Position numbers and translations under genes: made by a program. Positions 28,399 to 36,363 of a stretch of DNA of 64,000 bases are shown piece after piece. Source of the stretch: Caldisericum sp. (GTDB lineage: Bacteria > Caldisericota > Caldisericia > Caldisericales > Caldisericaceae); the NCBI GenBank assembly GCA_020692945.1, contig JAIMJY010000001.1, positions 1 through 64,000 of the forward strand, given 5' to 3'. Positions within the stretch are counted from its first letter, which is position 1. Each line of letters starts with the position of its first letter. The notes beneath the pieces were generated by a model that worked only from the letters and a program-made list of their open reading frames with translations, was not told the origin of the DNA and searched no databases.

Positions 28399-29234
28399 CC
28401 TGCAACAAACCTTTTTTTGTCCGCAAGGTCTGGAATAATTTCGATATCCAGAAAACCTTCTTTTTTAAAACTATCGAAAGTTTTCGCTGAGAGACAGTCA
28501 TCAATTTCAACGATAAAATAACCACCATTCTTGAGCAAACGGAATGCTTTTCTAATCAAGTCAACATATAATTCGAAACCATCAATCCCTCCGTCAAGAG
28601 CCACTAAAGGTTCATGTTTTAAATGAATTAGGTTTCTTGTTTTAACATAAGGTGGGTTAGAGAGTATCATATCGAATTTTAATTTCGAGAAAAAATTTCT
28701 AAAGTCAGTTGCAATAAATTTAACTCGATTGCTTAATGCTAAATTTCTTGCATTCTCCTCGGCAACAGAGATTGATTTTTCTGATATATCTATTCCCGTA
28801 CCTACAGAAGATCCATTGTATTTAACGAAAGAAAGTAAAATACATCCACTTCCGGTTCCAACATCCAGGACAGTGAGAGATCTCCCGTCTGCAATCTCAA
28901 TAGCCTTCTCGACAAGAGTTTCCGTTTCAGGCCGTGGAATAAGAACTGACTCATTTACTTTAAATTCCAATCCCATAAATTCTCTTTTGCCAACCAAGTA
29001 ATAAAAAGGCGTCCCGTTGCGTCTTTTTTCAACAAATGCTACAATTTCTTCAAGTTTATCTTCACTTATTTTTTCATCATTGCTTATATATAAGCTCTCC
29101 TTAGAGATACCTAAAACAAAAGCGACAATAAGCTGAGCCTCGAGAAATGGCGAATCAGAGAAACGTTTAAGCTCTGCCCCGCAATACGCAACAGCATCGC
29201 TCAAACATTGAACATCATTTTTCATTAAGTTCAT
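28386..29234 (-). CDS. prmC: Release factor glutamine N5-methyltransferase (HemK/PrmC)
   Basis: 282 aa with LDVGTGSG and NPPY motifs; co-operonic with prfA. Confidence 0.88.
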   Translation of the reverse strand: MNLMKNDVQCLSDAVAYCGAELKRFSDSPFLEAQLIVAFVLGISKESLYISNDEKISEDKLEEIVAFVEKRRNGTPFYYLVGKREFMGLEFKVNESVLIPRPETETLVEKAIEIADGRSLTVLDVGTGSGCILLSFVKYNGSSVGTGIDISEKSISVAEENARNLALSNRVKFIATDFRNFFSKLKFDMILSNPPYVKTRNLIHLKHEPLVALDGGIDGFELYVDLIRKAFRLLKNGGYFIVEIDDCLSAKTFDSFKKEGFLDIEIIPDLADKKRFVAGWKK

Positions 29235-30294
29235 TGATCGATTCTTTTTGTTGTTCTTCTATGAGGGTATTGATTAATTGGCTTAGGTCGCCCTCCATTA
29301 TGCTTTGGATGTTGTATAGTGACAAATTTATGCGGTGATCGGTTACTCTCCCCTGAGAAAAGTTATAAGTCCTAATGCGCTCGTTTCTGTTTCCTCTGCC
29401 AATTTGAGACCTTCTTTCATCAACTCTTGCCTTATCTAACTCCTGCTGTTTCAGGTCATAGAGTCTTGCTCGCAAAATTCTGAGAGCTTTTGTTTTATTT
29501 TGCAACTGCGAACGTTCGTCCTGACAAGTTACAATCATTCCAGTAGGTCTGTGCAAAACTCTGATTGCAGTTGCGACTTTTTGTACATTCTGGCCTCCAT
29601 GACCGCTTGCATGAAAAATATCTATCCTTATGTCATCAGGATTAATTTCTAAATCAACATCCTCTGCTTCAGGTAACACGGCAACGGTTGCAGTTGATGT
29701 ATGAATCCGTCCTCCCGACTCAGTTTCTGGAACTCTTTGCACTCTGTGAACGCCGCTTTCATATCTAAGATACTTATATACGTTTTTACCCGTGATTGAG
29801 AAAATGATCTCCTTTAGACCTCCAATATCTGTTGGATGAGAGTCGAGTATCTCAGTTTTCCACCCTTTATTCTCAGCGTACATCGTATACATCCGAAAAA
29901 GGTCCTTTGCAAAAAGTGCTGCTTCTTCTCCTCCAACGCCTGCCCTTATCTCAATGATAATATTTTTGTCTTCAAACTGGTCTTTAGGGATAAGCAACGA
30001 TTTGAGTTCTTCAATGACAGCATTTTTCCTCTCTTCGAGAGCTTGTTTTTCATTTTTTCCAAGGTCAGCCATTTCAAGATCATCTGATTTAGCAAGTTCT
30101 TCTGCATCAATGATTTCCTCATCGAGTTTCTTTAAATCATTGTACTTTTCTACAATGGGCTCAATGTCTTTTAACTCCTTTGAGTACTTTCTAAATACAG
30201 CTCCCTCCTTTATTACTTTGGGGTCTGAAAGTTGGCTCGAAAGCTCGGCATATCTTTTTTTTACGTTATCAAGTTTGTGAATCAAAACAATCAC
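29215..30294 (-). CDS. prfA: Peptide chain release factor 1
   Basis: 359 aa with GGQ motif (SGHGGQNVQ) and an RF1-type PxT-containing region. Confidence 0.93.
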   Translation of the reverse strand: MIVLIHKLDNVKKRYAELSSQLSDPKVIKEGAVFRKYSKELKDIEPIVEKYNDLKKLDEEIIDAEELAKSDDLEMADLGKNEKQALEERKNAVIEELKSLLIPKDQFEDKNIIIEIRAGVGGEEAALFAKDLFRMYTMYAENKGWKTEILDSHPTDIGGLKEIIFSITGKNVYKYLRYESGVHRVQRVPETESGGRIHTSTATVAVLPEAEDVDLEINPDDIRIDIFHASGHGGQNVQKVATAIRVLHRPTGMIVTCQDERSQLQNKTKALRILRARLYDLKQQELDKARVDERRSQIGRGNRNERIRTYNFSQGRVTDHRINLSLYNIQSIMEGDLSQLINTLIEEQQKESINELNEK

Positions 30295-30866
30295 TCCTCT
30301 CTTTCAATGTAATGATGCAATTTACAGCGTGCTTCATACCTTTCTTCTGCTCCAATTAAAACGATGGGATCGGAATATTTGGCTGCATGCCCATCAATAA
30401 GCCTTTGAGTCATTGTTGCGTCCTCTCCGCAAACCATACAGATAGCATGGAGTTTAAGAACCTCGTCAGCAATTGCCATAAGAGAAGGCATACGCCCGAA
30501 AGGCTCACCTCTAAAGTCCATATCAAGGCCGGCAAAGATTATCCTCTTGCCATCTTTCGAAATTTGTCTTGCAACATCGAAGATTCCATCATCAAAAAAC
30601 TGGACTTCGTCAACTCCTATAACGTCAGCATCGGTTTTGATGGCCTTATATAGCTCGGAGGAACTTGCAACAGGCTCTGCCTGAATCATCTCCCCAGTAT
30701 GCGAAACAACCTCTATAGAAGAAACTCTAGTGTCAAGAGATGGTTTAAACACTTGAACATTCAATTTTGCTATTTTTGCCCTTTTTAGCCTTCGTATCAG
30801 CTCTTCGCTTTTGCCAGAAAACATACAACCAGTAACAACTTCAATTTTACCAACTCTATCTCTCAT
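30291..30866 (-). CDS. tdk: Thymidine kinase
   Basis: 191 aa with P-loop (GCMFSGKS) and C-terminal zinc ribbon (CxxC ... CxxH). Confidence 0.9.
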   Translation of the reverse strand: MRDRVGKIEVVTGCMFSGKSEELIRRLKRAKIAKLNVQVFKPSLDTRVSSIEVVSHTGEMIQAEPVASSSELYKAIKTDADVIGVDEVQFFDDGIFDVARQISKDGKRIIFAGLDMDFRGEPFGRMPSLMAIADEVLKLHAICMVCGEDATMTQRLIDGHAAKYSDPIVLIGAEERYEARCKLHHYIEREE

Positions 30867-32298
30867 TTTGCACCGCTATACTTTTTAAAAGCACGTCGTT
30901 AGAGTTCGTCTGAGAAAGCATTTCTATAATCCTCTCAAGAGCTTCTTGCGGCCCGAGGTCTCCAATGAATTTTCTCAAAGCCCATATTTTTTTGTACTCT
31001 TCAGGGGTATAGAGTAATTCTTCCTTCCTGGTGCCTGATTTTTTAATGTCTACTGCAGGGAAAATCCTCTGCTCAGCAAGCTCTCTATCAAGAATGATTT
31101 CCATATTTCCTGTACCTTTAAACTCCTCATAGATAACCTGGTCAAGCCTCGAGCCAGTATCAATCAGTGCGGTAGCAAGCATTGTAAGACTTCCTCCATC
31201 TATTATGCTTCTTGCTGCACCAAGGAACTTCTTTGGCCCCTTAATAGCAGCAGGGTCAAGGCCTCCGGAAAGAGTTTTACCAGTAGAAGAACTTAAAAGG
31301 TTGTAAGCACGTGTTAATCTTGTAATTCCATCAAGCAATATCATTACATCCTTCCCAACTTCAACAAGCCTCTTTGCTTTCTCAATTGCAAGTTCTACAA
31401 CTCTTATATGGTTCTCTGGCGGTTGATCAAATGTTGAACTTATTACTTCAGCAGCAACTGAGTTTTTCATATCAGTCACTTCTTCAGGCCTTTCGTCAAT
31501 CAGTAGAACCATAAGATTAATCTCGGGTGAACTCTTGGCAACGCTCTTCGCTATCTCTTTTATAAGAGTAGTCTTGCCTGCTTTAGGGGCTGAAACAATA
31601 AGCCCCCTTTGTCCTTTTCCGAGAGGTGCGATAAGGTCAAGAACACGGAGAGCTATGTTGCAACCAGGTGTTTCAAGAACAATCCTCTTCGTAGGGTAGT
31701 ATGGAGTAAGACTTTCGAAGTTTGTCCTCTTAAAAAATCCATTCACTTCAATCCCATTAATCGAAATGATATTTACTAAAGATGGATATTTCTCTCCTTC
31801 TCTTTGCGGTTTACGCACTGTCCCTATAATTGTATCACCAGTTTTTAGGCCATATCTTCTGATTAATGGGGGAGATACGTACACGTCAGAAAAAGAAGGA
31901 AAGTAATTGGATCTCAAAAAACCATAACCGTCAGGATGAGATTCAAATAAGCCTCTTGATACTGACTCTTCTGGGGATCTCTCGTTTACTCTTATTTCGC
32001 TCGGTGCTCTTTCGAATGACCTATCACGAGAAGGTCTATCGAAAGATCGTTCTACTACACCATGCGTATATGTTTTTTCTTCCACTTGTTTTTCAACCTC
32101 TTTTTCGACTTCTTCTTTAGTGCCTTCTAATCCTGTGGTCCCTCTGATTGATTTTAGAATTTCAAAAATCAACTCATCCTTTTTAAAATGAGTGTAGTTC
32201 TTAACTTTCAACGCTTGAGCTATCTTATAAAGCTCTCTCGCGGTTTTTATTTCGAGCGTTTCTTTAGTCAGCCCGCTCATTTCGCTAAAATTATTCAT
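30856..32298 (-). CDS. rho: Transcription termination factor Rho
   Basis: 480 aa with N-terminal insertion, OB-fold RNA-binding domain, RecA-like ATPase with Walker A (APKAGKT) and Q/R loops. Confidence 0.95.
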   Translation of the reverse strand: MNNFSEMSGLTKETLEIKTARELYKIAQALKVKNYTHFKKDELIFEILKSIRGTTGLEGTKEEVEKEVEKQVEEKTYTHGVVERSFDRPSRDRSFERAPSEIRVNERSPEESVSRGLFESHPDGYGFLRSNYFPSFSDVYVSPPLIRRYGLKTGDTIIGTVRKPQREGEKYPSLVNIISINGIEVNGFFKRTNFESLTPYYPTKRIVLETPGCNIALRVLDLIAPLGKGQRGLIVSAPKAGKTTLIKEIAKSVAKSSPEINLMVLLIDERPEEVTDMKNSVAAEVISSTFDQPPENHIRVVELAIEKAKRLVEVGKDVMILLDGITRLTRAYNLLSSSTGKTLSGGLDPAAIKGPKKFLGAARSIIDGGSLTMLATALIDTGSRLDQVIYEEFKGTGNMEIILDRELAEQRIFPAVDIKKSGTRKEELLYTPEEYKKIWALRKFIGDLGPQEALERIIEMLSQTNSNDVLLKSIAVQNER

Positions 32299-32326
32299 AA
32301 ATTGAACCTCCCATTGGTTTCGTTTT

Positions 32327-32953
32327 TTAATAAAGCTTCTTAAGGTTTTCTGCCTTAAGAATGTTGATTTTATTTAAAAGATTGTTAGAAATTTCTTGAG
32401 ACTCAGTATCGATTCTTTTAACAAATCCGTAATCATCAATCGACTTAAGATTGATTTTTACGTTAAAATAAGAGCCGCTAATTCCAGCCTCCAAAAAGCA
32501 TAATCCTGTTCCAAAATCGCTTGCAGTTGACTCAAGAGTGTTCTTAAATGCAAAATCTAAGATCTCTGCAACTTCGTAGATAGAGTGCATCATCCGCAAA
32601 GGGGAAAGTGATGCATCTTTAAGTGATTCTTGTATTTTTCCCTTTCTTAAACGTTTATCCTCATCAGTTAATTTGGGAAGCTTAAATGCCTCCATAACAA
32701 TGTCAAAAGCAATTTTGTCGCCATTGGCTAATGTTATAAGTTTATCTATCGAAGACTCAAGTTTTTTAATATTACCGTTTAACTTGACTACAAGTTCTTC
32801 ATCCTTGCTCTTTTTTGCCGCCACCCCCATAGCCATTGAAATCAAGGCCAAACCCATTGCACTGCCAATAGCAGAAGCAGTACCACCGCCCGGGGTTGGG
32901 GAAGAAGAAGATAATTCAAAAAGAAATTCTTTGAGCGTAATTTCGTGAGACAT
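32327..32953 (-). CDS. Cyclodeaminase/cyclohydrolase family protein (formiminotransferase-cyclodeaminase C-domain-like; methenyl-THF cyclohydrolase-like)
   Basis: 208 aa with the N-terminal TPGGGTASAIGSAMGLAL signature of the cyclodeaminase domain. Confidence 0.65.
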   Translation of the reverse strand: MSHEITLKEFLFELSSSSPTPGGGTASAIGSAMGLALISMAMGVAAKKSKDEELVVKLNGNIKKLESSIDKLITLANGDKIAFDIVMEAFKLPKLTDEDKRLRKGKIQESLKDASLSPLRMMHSIYEVAEILDFAFKNTLESTASDFGTGLCFLEAGISGSYFNVKINLKSIDDYGFVKRIDTESQEISNNLLNKINILKAENLKKLY

Positions 32954-32987
32954 TAAATCACCTCTCTAAAAATAAAGTATTCTTTAT

Positions 32988-33177
32988 TCCTTTGTAATCC
33001 ATACTCTTTCTCAGTGGATTTACTCCTAGGGTATATAATATTGTATAAGATTTTCAATATATTTCAAGTGGCTTATTTTTGTAGATGACCTTTGCTTTTT
33101 CACTTTTTTTAACTCTTCTGTAACCTGCGATCTTTCTCAGCAGATTTATTTCCACCTTTTCAGCAGATTTCTAAAGC
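32988..33177 (-). repeat. Three dispersed-repeat units (32988-33030 and 33115-33177) in the upstream region of the rho operon, forming the left border of the accessory island
   Basis: Reverse complement reads AATCCAC-TGAGAAAGAGTA-TGGATT-ACAAAGG, then AATCTGC-TGAGAAAGATC-GCAGGTT-ACAGAA and a partial unit. Confidence 0.8.
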
Positions 33178-33201
33178 AAAATCTCTCCTACCGCAAGATA
33201 G

Positions 33202-33744
33202 GAGAGAGTAATTATTCAAGATGCGTTAGATTTATTAAAACAAGCTGCCCTAAATGCAGGAAATGAAATAAACAAAACTGGAATCTTAAGACAAAGACCA
33301 AATGAAGTTGGAAATGATATAGAAACGTACGTTAAGGATGCTTTAAATTCGTTAGGTTTAAAAGCAGATATTCCAGTAGGACCAAGTGGAAATAAAAAGG
33401 CTATGGGCTATCCTGATGTGCTGTTCTGGTTTAGTGATACACCCTATTATTTAGAATGTAAAACTTACAACATTGAAAATATAGAGACAACACAAAGAAG
33501 CTTTTATTTTTCGCCCTCTGATGAATTTAAAGTGACCTATGATGCGCCTCATTTTATTTTGTCTTTTGAAATTTATGTTTCTGGAGAGCAAGGAGACAAA
33601 CATATCTACAAATGCAAACATTACAAGATTTTGTCCGTAGAATCATTGTCATTGGATGTAAAGTATGAATTTAACTCTGATAATAAGAGAATGTATTCAG
33701 GTAAAGATGGAACAATTATTCTTGCAGAGTACGATATCTCTTAG
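33202..33744 (+). CDS. PD-(D/E)XK superfamily nuclease (restriction-endonuclease-like). The reading frame is open from 33202, but the first canonical start is ATG 33403; the start is uncertain (non-ATG or damaged).
   Basis: Motif GYPD-x14-ECK matches the PD-(D/E)XK active site. The upstream in-frame 67 codons (DALDLLKQAALNAG...IETYVKDAL) look like the helix that normally precedes the catalytic strands, so the protein probably starts before Met 33403. Confidence 0.5.
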   Translation, partial: ERVIIQDALDLLKQAALNAGNEINKTGILRQRPNEVGNDIETYVKDALNSLGLKADIPVGPSGNKKAMGYPDVLFWFSDTPYYLECKTYNIENIETTQRSFYFSPSDEFKVTYDAPHFILSFEIYVSGEQGDKHIYKCKHYKILSVESLSLDVKYEFNSDNKRMYSGKDGTIILAEYDIS

Positions 33745-34057
33745 CATTTGCACTCCTTCTTGCCTTATCATGATTAGATAAAGATTTCTTATTCAGTATT
33801 GCCTCCCTCTCTTTCGACAGCCTTCGTATATTAATTGGTAGGAGGCGAACAAAAATGAGAAAAACAAAAAAGTTATTGGAATAATAAAGAGTATGTTTGA
33901 GTAGAAAAATAAAAAAAGTATAATAAATAGTGGCTAAATAGATGGGAATATGGAGAAAATTAAAATGAATCTATTTGAAGATAAATAGATGTTAGTAATT
34001 TGTTTTAGGCATATAAGATTTGAGGGTTGTCTTTTTATTATTTAGGGAAAAGGAGGC

Positions 34058-34702
34058 TTGTCCATGAAAATCTTTCAAACTGAAGATGAATTAAAAGATC
34101 AGCTAAAAGATCAGATTGACTTTTTGATAAAATCTTCAAAAGCTTACGATGAAGGATTCACAAGTGAGGCAAAAAGACTAGCTACGGGGATTAGAGTATT
34201 GCTCCATGATACTCAAAATTTAACTTCTTTATTAACACTTTTGAAAAAAAATGATATTTTATTTTATGATACTTCATTAGATTATAATCAGAATAGTCTA
34301 CTTCTTACGCCTGGGCTCATTATGCTGAAAATGGGACCTAATGGCGGGGAGTATGTTCCACCGTTAGGTAATGGTCCTCCGACAAGGTATCAGAAGGGAA
34401 AAATTCCATTTACACAATGGTGGAATAAAATTGTGCTCGTAGATGACAAAGGCAATAAACTAACAAGAAAAGACTTAGTTCTCACAGTTTGCGACAAGGA
34501 TGGAGGAGCACATGTTGATCCGAAATTAGATGAAGCTTATTTTGCACTTTCACGATTTAATTCTTTGGGGTGGAAATACATAAAAAATGACGTTGAAAAA
34601 GATTTTGTTACCAGACCAGAATTAGCAAGTATACGGCAAATTAGTTACGAGGTACTAAAATCTCTTAAAGATGAATTTCCAGAATATTTTAAAACAGTAT
34701 AA
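34058..34702 (+). CDS. Hypothetical protein (214 aa), first gene of a three-gene cassette
   Basis: ORF with good RBS context (AAAGGAGG). No family recognised from sequence. Alpha-helical acidic N-terminus, Gly/Pro-rich centre. Confidence 0.5.
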   Translation: MSMKIFQTEDELKDQLKDQIDFLIKSSKAYDEGFTSEAKRLATGIRVLLHDTQNLTSLLTLLKKNDILFYDTSLDYNQNSLLLTPGLIMLKMGPNGGEYVPPLGNGPPTRYQKGKIPFTQWWNKIVLVDDKGNKLTRKDLVLTVCDKDGGAHVDPKLDEAYFALSRFNSLGWKYIKNDVEKDFVTRPELASIRQISYEVLKSLKDEFPEYFKTV

Positions 34703-34714
34703 GCCATCAATAAT

Positions 34715-35338
34715 TTGCAAGAGTTAGATAAAATTAAGTTTAAGGAGGAGGTAAATATGATTACAAAGCCAGTTGTAATTAAGTTTTTTGCTCCTGTCAT
34801 TGAAGTTACGATTAATGCTCTAATGAATGCTATTGATCAGAAAATGAAACAAGGGATAACAAATTTTATAATTCTAATTTCTTCACCTGGTGGTATGGTT
34901 TTTCACGGTTTAAGTGCATACAATTATTTGAAAGGAATACCTGCCATAATAACTACACACAATTTTGGTAGCGTGGACTCAATAGGTGTTGTTCTATATT
35001 GTGGTGGATCAAAAAGACTATCAGTACCTCAGGCAAGATTCTTACTTCATGGTGTTAGTGCCAATTTTGAACAGAAGACAAGCTTAGAAGAAAAGCAATT
35101 AGAAGAGAGGTTGAAAGGATTAAGGATTGACGTTGAGAATATTGCTAAGGTAATTGCGGCAAATACAGGTAAGAGTGTGGAAGCTGTGATAAATGCTATG
35201 CTTGAACGAACAACATTGAATCCTGAAGAGGCTCAAGCTTGGGGACTTGTGAATGAAATTAGATCCGAATTATTTGAAGCAGGGAGTGAAGTAATTTCAA
35301 TACAATTTCAACAACAGAATCCTAATATGCAGCCCTAA
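34715..35338 (+). CDS. ClpP/S14-family serine peptidase-like protein (ATP-independent, stand-alone)
   Basis: ILISSPGG motif aligns with the ClpP INSPGG block. Candidate nucleophile Ser in GSVDSIG and His in LLHGV align with ClpP Ser/His. The Asp position is not conserved (RT instead of RD). Lies 13 nt after the upstream gene. Confidence 0.65.
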   Translation: MQELDKIKFKEEVNMITKPVVIKFFAPVIEVTINALMNAIDQKMKQGITNFIILISSPGGMVFHGLSAYNYLKGIPAIITTHNFGSVDSIGVVLYCGGSKRLSVPQARFLLHGVSANFEQKTSLEEKQLEERLKGLRIDVENIAKVIAANTGKSVEAVINAMLERTTLNPEEAQAWGLVNEIRSELFEAGSEVISIQFQQQNPNMQP

Positions 35339-35401
35339 CTTAAACCATAAAACTATTATGCACATGCAAAGAAATTTCATACCAAGTAAAAGGATTGAAA
35401 T

Positions 35402-35908
35402 ATGAAAATAGAATGGAACTGGCAAGTAATAACAATAATAATAACTTCTATAGTTGCAGTTTATGGTGCAATACTTTCTACTGTGAACATGATAGCAAAT
35501 ATTAGAGATAAACAACTGCATTTATCTGTTGTTTTAAAAAGTGGTAGTTTAGAAGGCTCTTACTTACGTTTTGGCCCTCCTTCTGCCTCTTCAATGCTCT
35601 TTATAGTAATCGCAAATGTAGGTAGTAAAGTTGTAACAATACAAGTTATTAATATAAAAGTGACAAAAGGATCTTTCTTGCCTATATGGAATATCATTAA
35701 CCCAAAGGGGGTCTCTCTTCCTTATACTTTAGAGGAAAGTCAAAATTGCATTGCTGGAGTTGATATAAAGGAACTTTCCAAAAAACTCATCCAAAGTGGA
35801 TGTTCTAAAATTATTAAACTTCATGCTATTGTTGTAAGCGGAACAGGAAAAACATACAAGTCAAAGAAAGCATGGATACTTAATTTAGATAAATATAATA
35901 AACAATAA
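35402..35908 (+). CDS. Small membrane-anchored hypothetical protein (N-terminal TM helix, beta-rich C-terminus)
   Basis: 168 aa. Hydrophobic stretch VITIIITSIVAVYGAILSTV. Third gene of the cassette. Confidence 0.45.
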   Translation: MKIEWNWQVITIIITSIVAVYGAILSTVNMIANIRDKQLHLSVVLKSGSLEGSYLRFGPPSASSMLFIVIANVGSKVVTIQVINIKVTKGSFLPIWNIINPKGVSLPYTLEESQNCIAGVDIKELSKKLIQSGCSKIIKLHAIVVSGTGKTYKSKKAWILNLDKYNKQ

Positions 35909-36033
35909 TTGCTATTATAAAATGAAATTGATCGACTTTCCAATTATAATTTAAGAAAATATTGTGTTTTTATCTGAATATAGTTAAAATAAGATATCTG
36001 TTAAAATAAATGCATTAAGGGGTCCATAACAAA

Positions 36034-36363
36034 ATGAAAAAAGATAAAAAGTTTCAAGGCCAAGGAGTGCAAAAATGGAAACATCCGGGAGGAAAGTTAA
36101 GAGAACTGGGGGCAGACAAACTTTCTGATGCAGAGCTGTTGGCTATTCTTATTTCAACAGGCACGAAAAATAAGTCGGCAGAAGCAATAGCCAATGAACT
36201 TATTAGTAAATTTGGATCCTTTCGTGGCTTAGCGAATCAACCGCTTTCTAAGCTTCTTGAAATTAACGGACTCGGTGATGTCAAAATTATACGTATCGCT
36301 GCTACTTTTGAAATAGCGCGTAGAATTGCTAACGAAATAGTTAAAACTTATGAGCAAAAGTAA
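36034..36363 (+). CDS. RadC N-terminal domain-like helix-hairpin-helix protein lacking the JAB/MPN domain
   Basis: LSDAELLAILISTGTKNKSAEAIANELISKFGSFRGLANQPLSKLLEINGLGDVKIIRIAATFEIARR closely matches the RadC N-terminal HhH region. Its stop overlaps the start of the downstream RM gene by 14 nt. Confidence 0.7.
   Translation: MKKDKKFQGQGVQKWKHPGGKLRELGADKLSDAELLAILISTGTKNKSAEAIANELISKFGSFRGLANQPLSKLLEINGLGDVKIIRIAATFEIARRIANEIVKTYEQK

Noticed and set aside
34715-35338. ClpP-like gene as a phage prohead protease within a prophage
   Set aside because: No portal, capsid, terminase, integrase or tail genes flank it. The neighbours are restriction-modification and toxin-antitoxin genes. A head-maturation role is therefore not supported, though it is not excluded.
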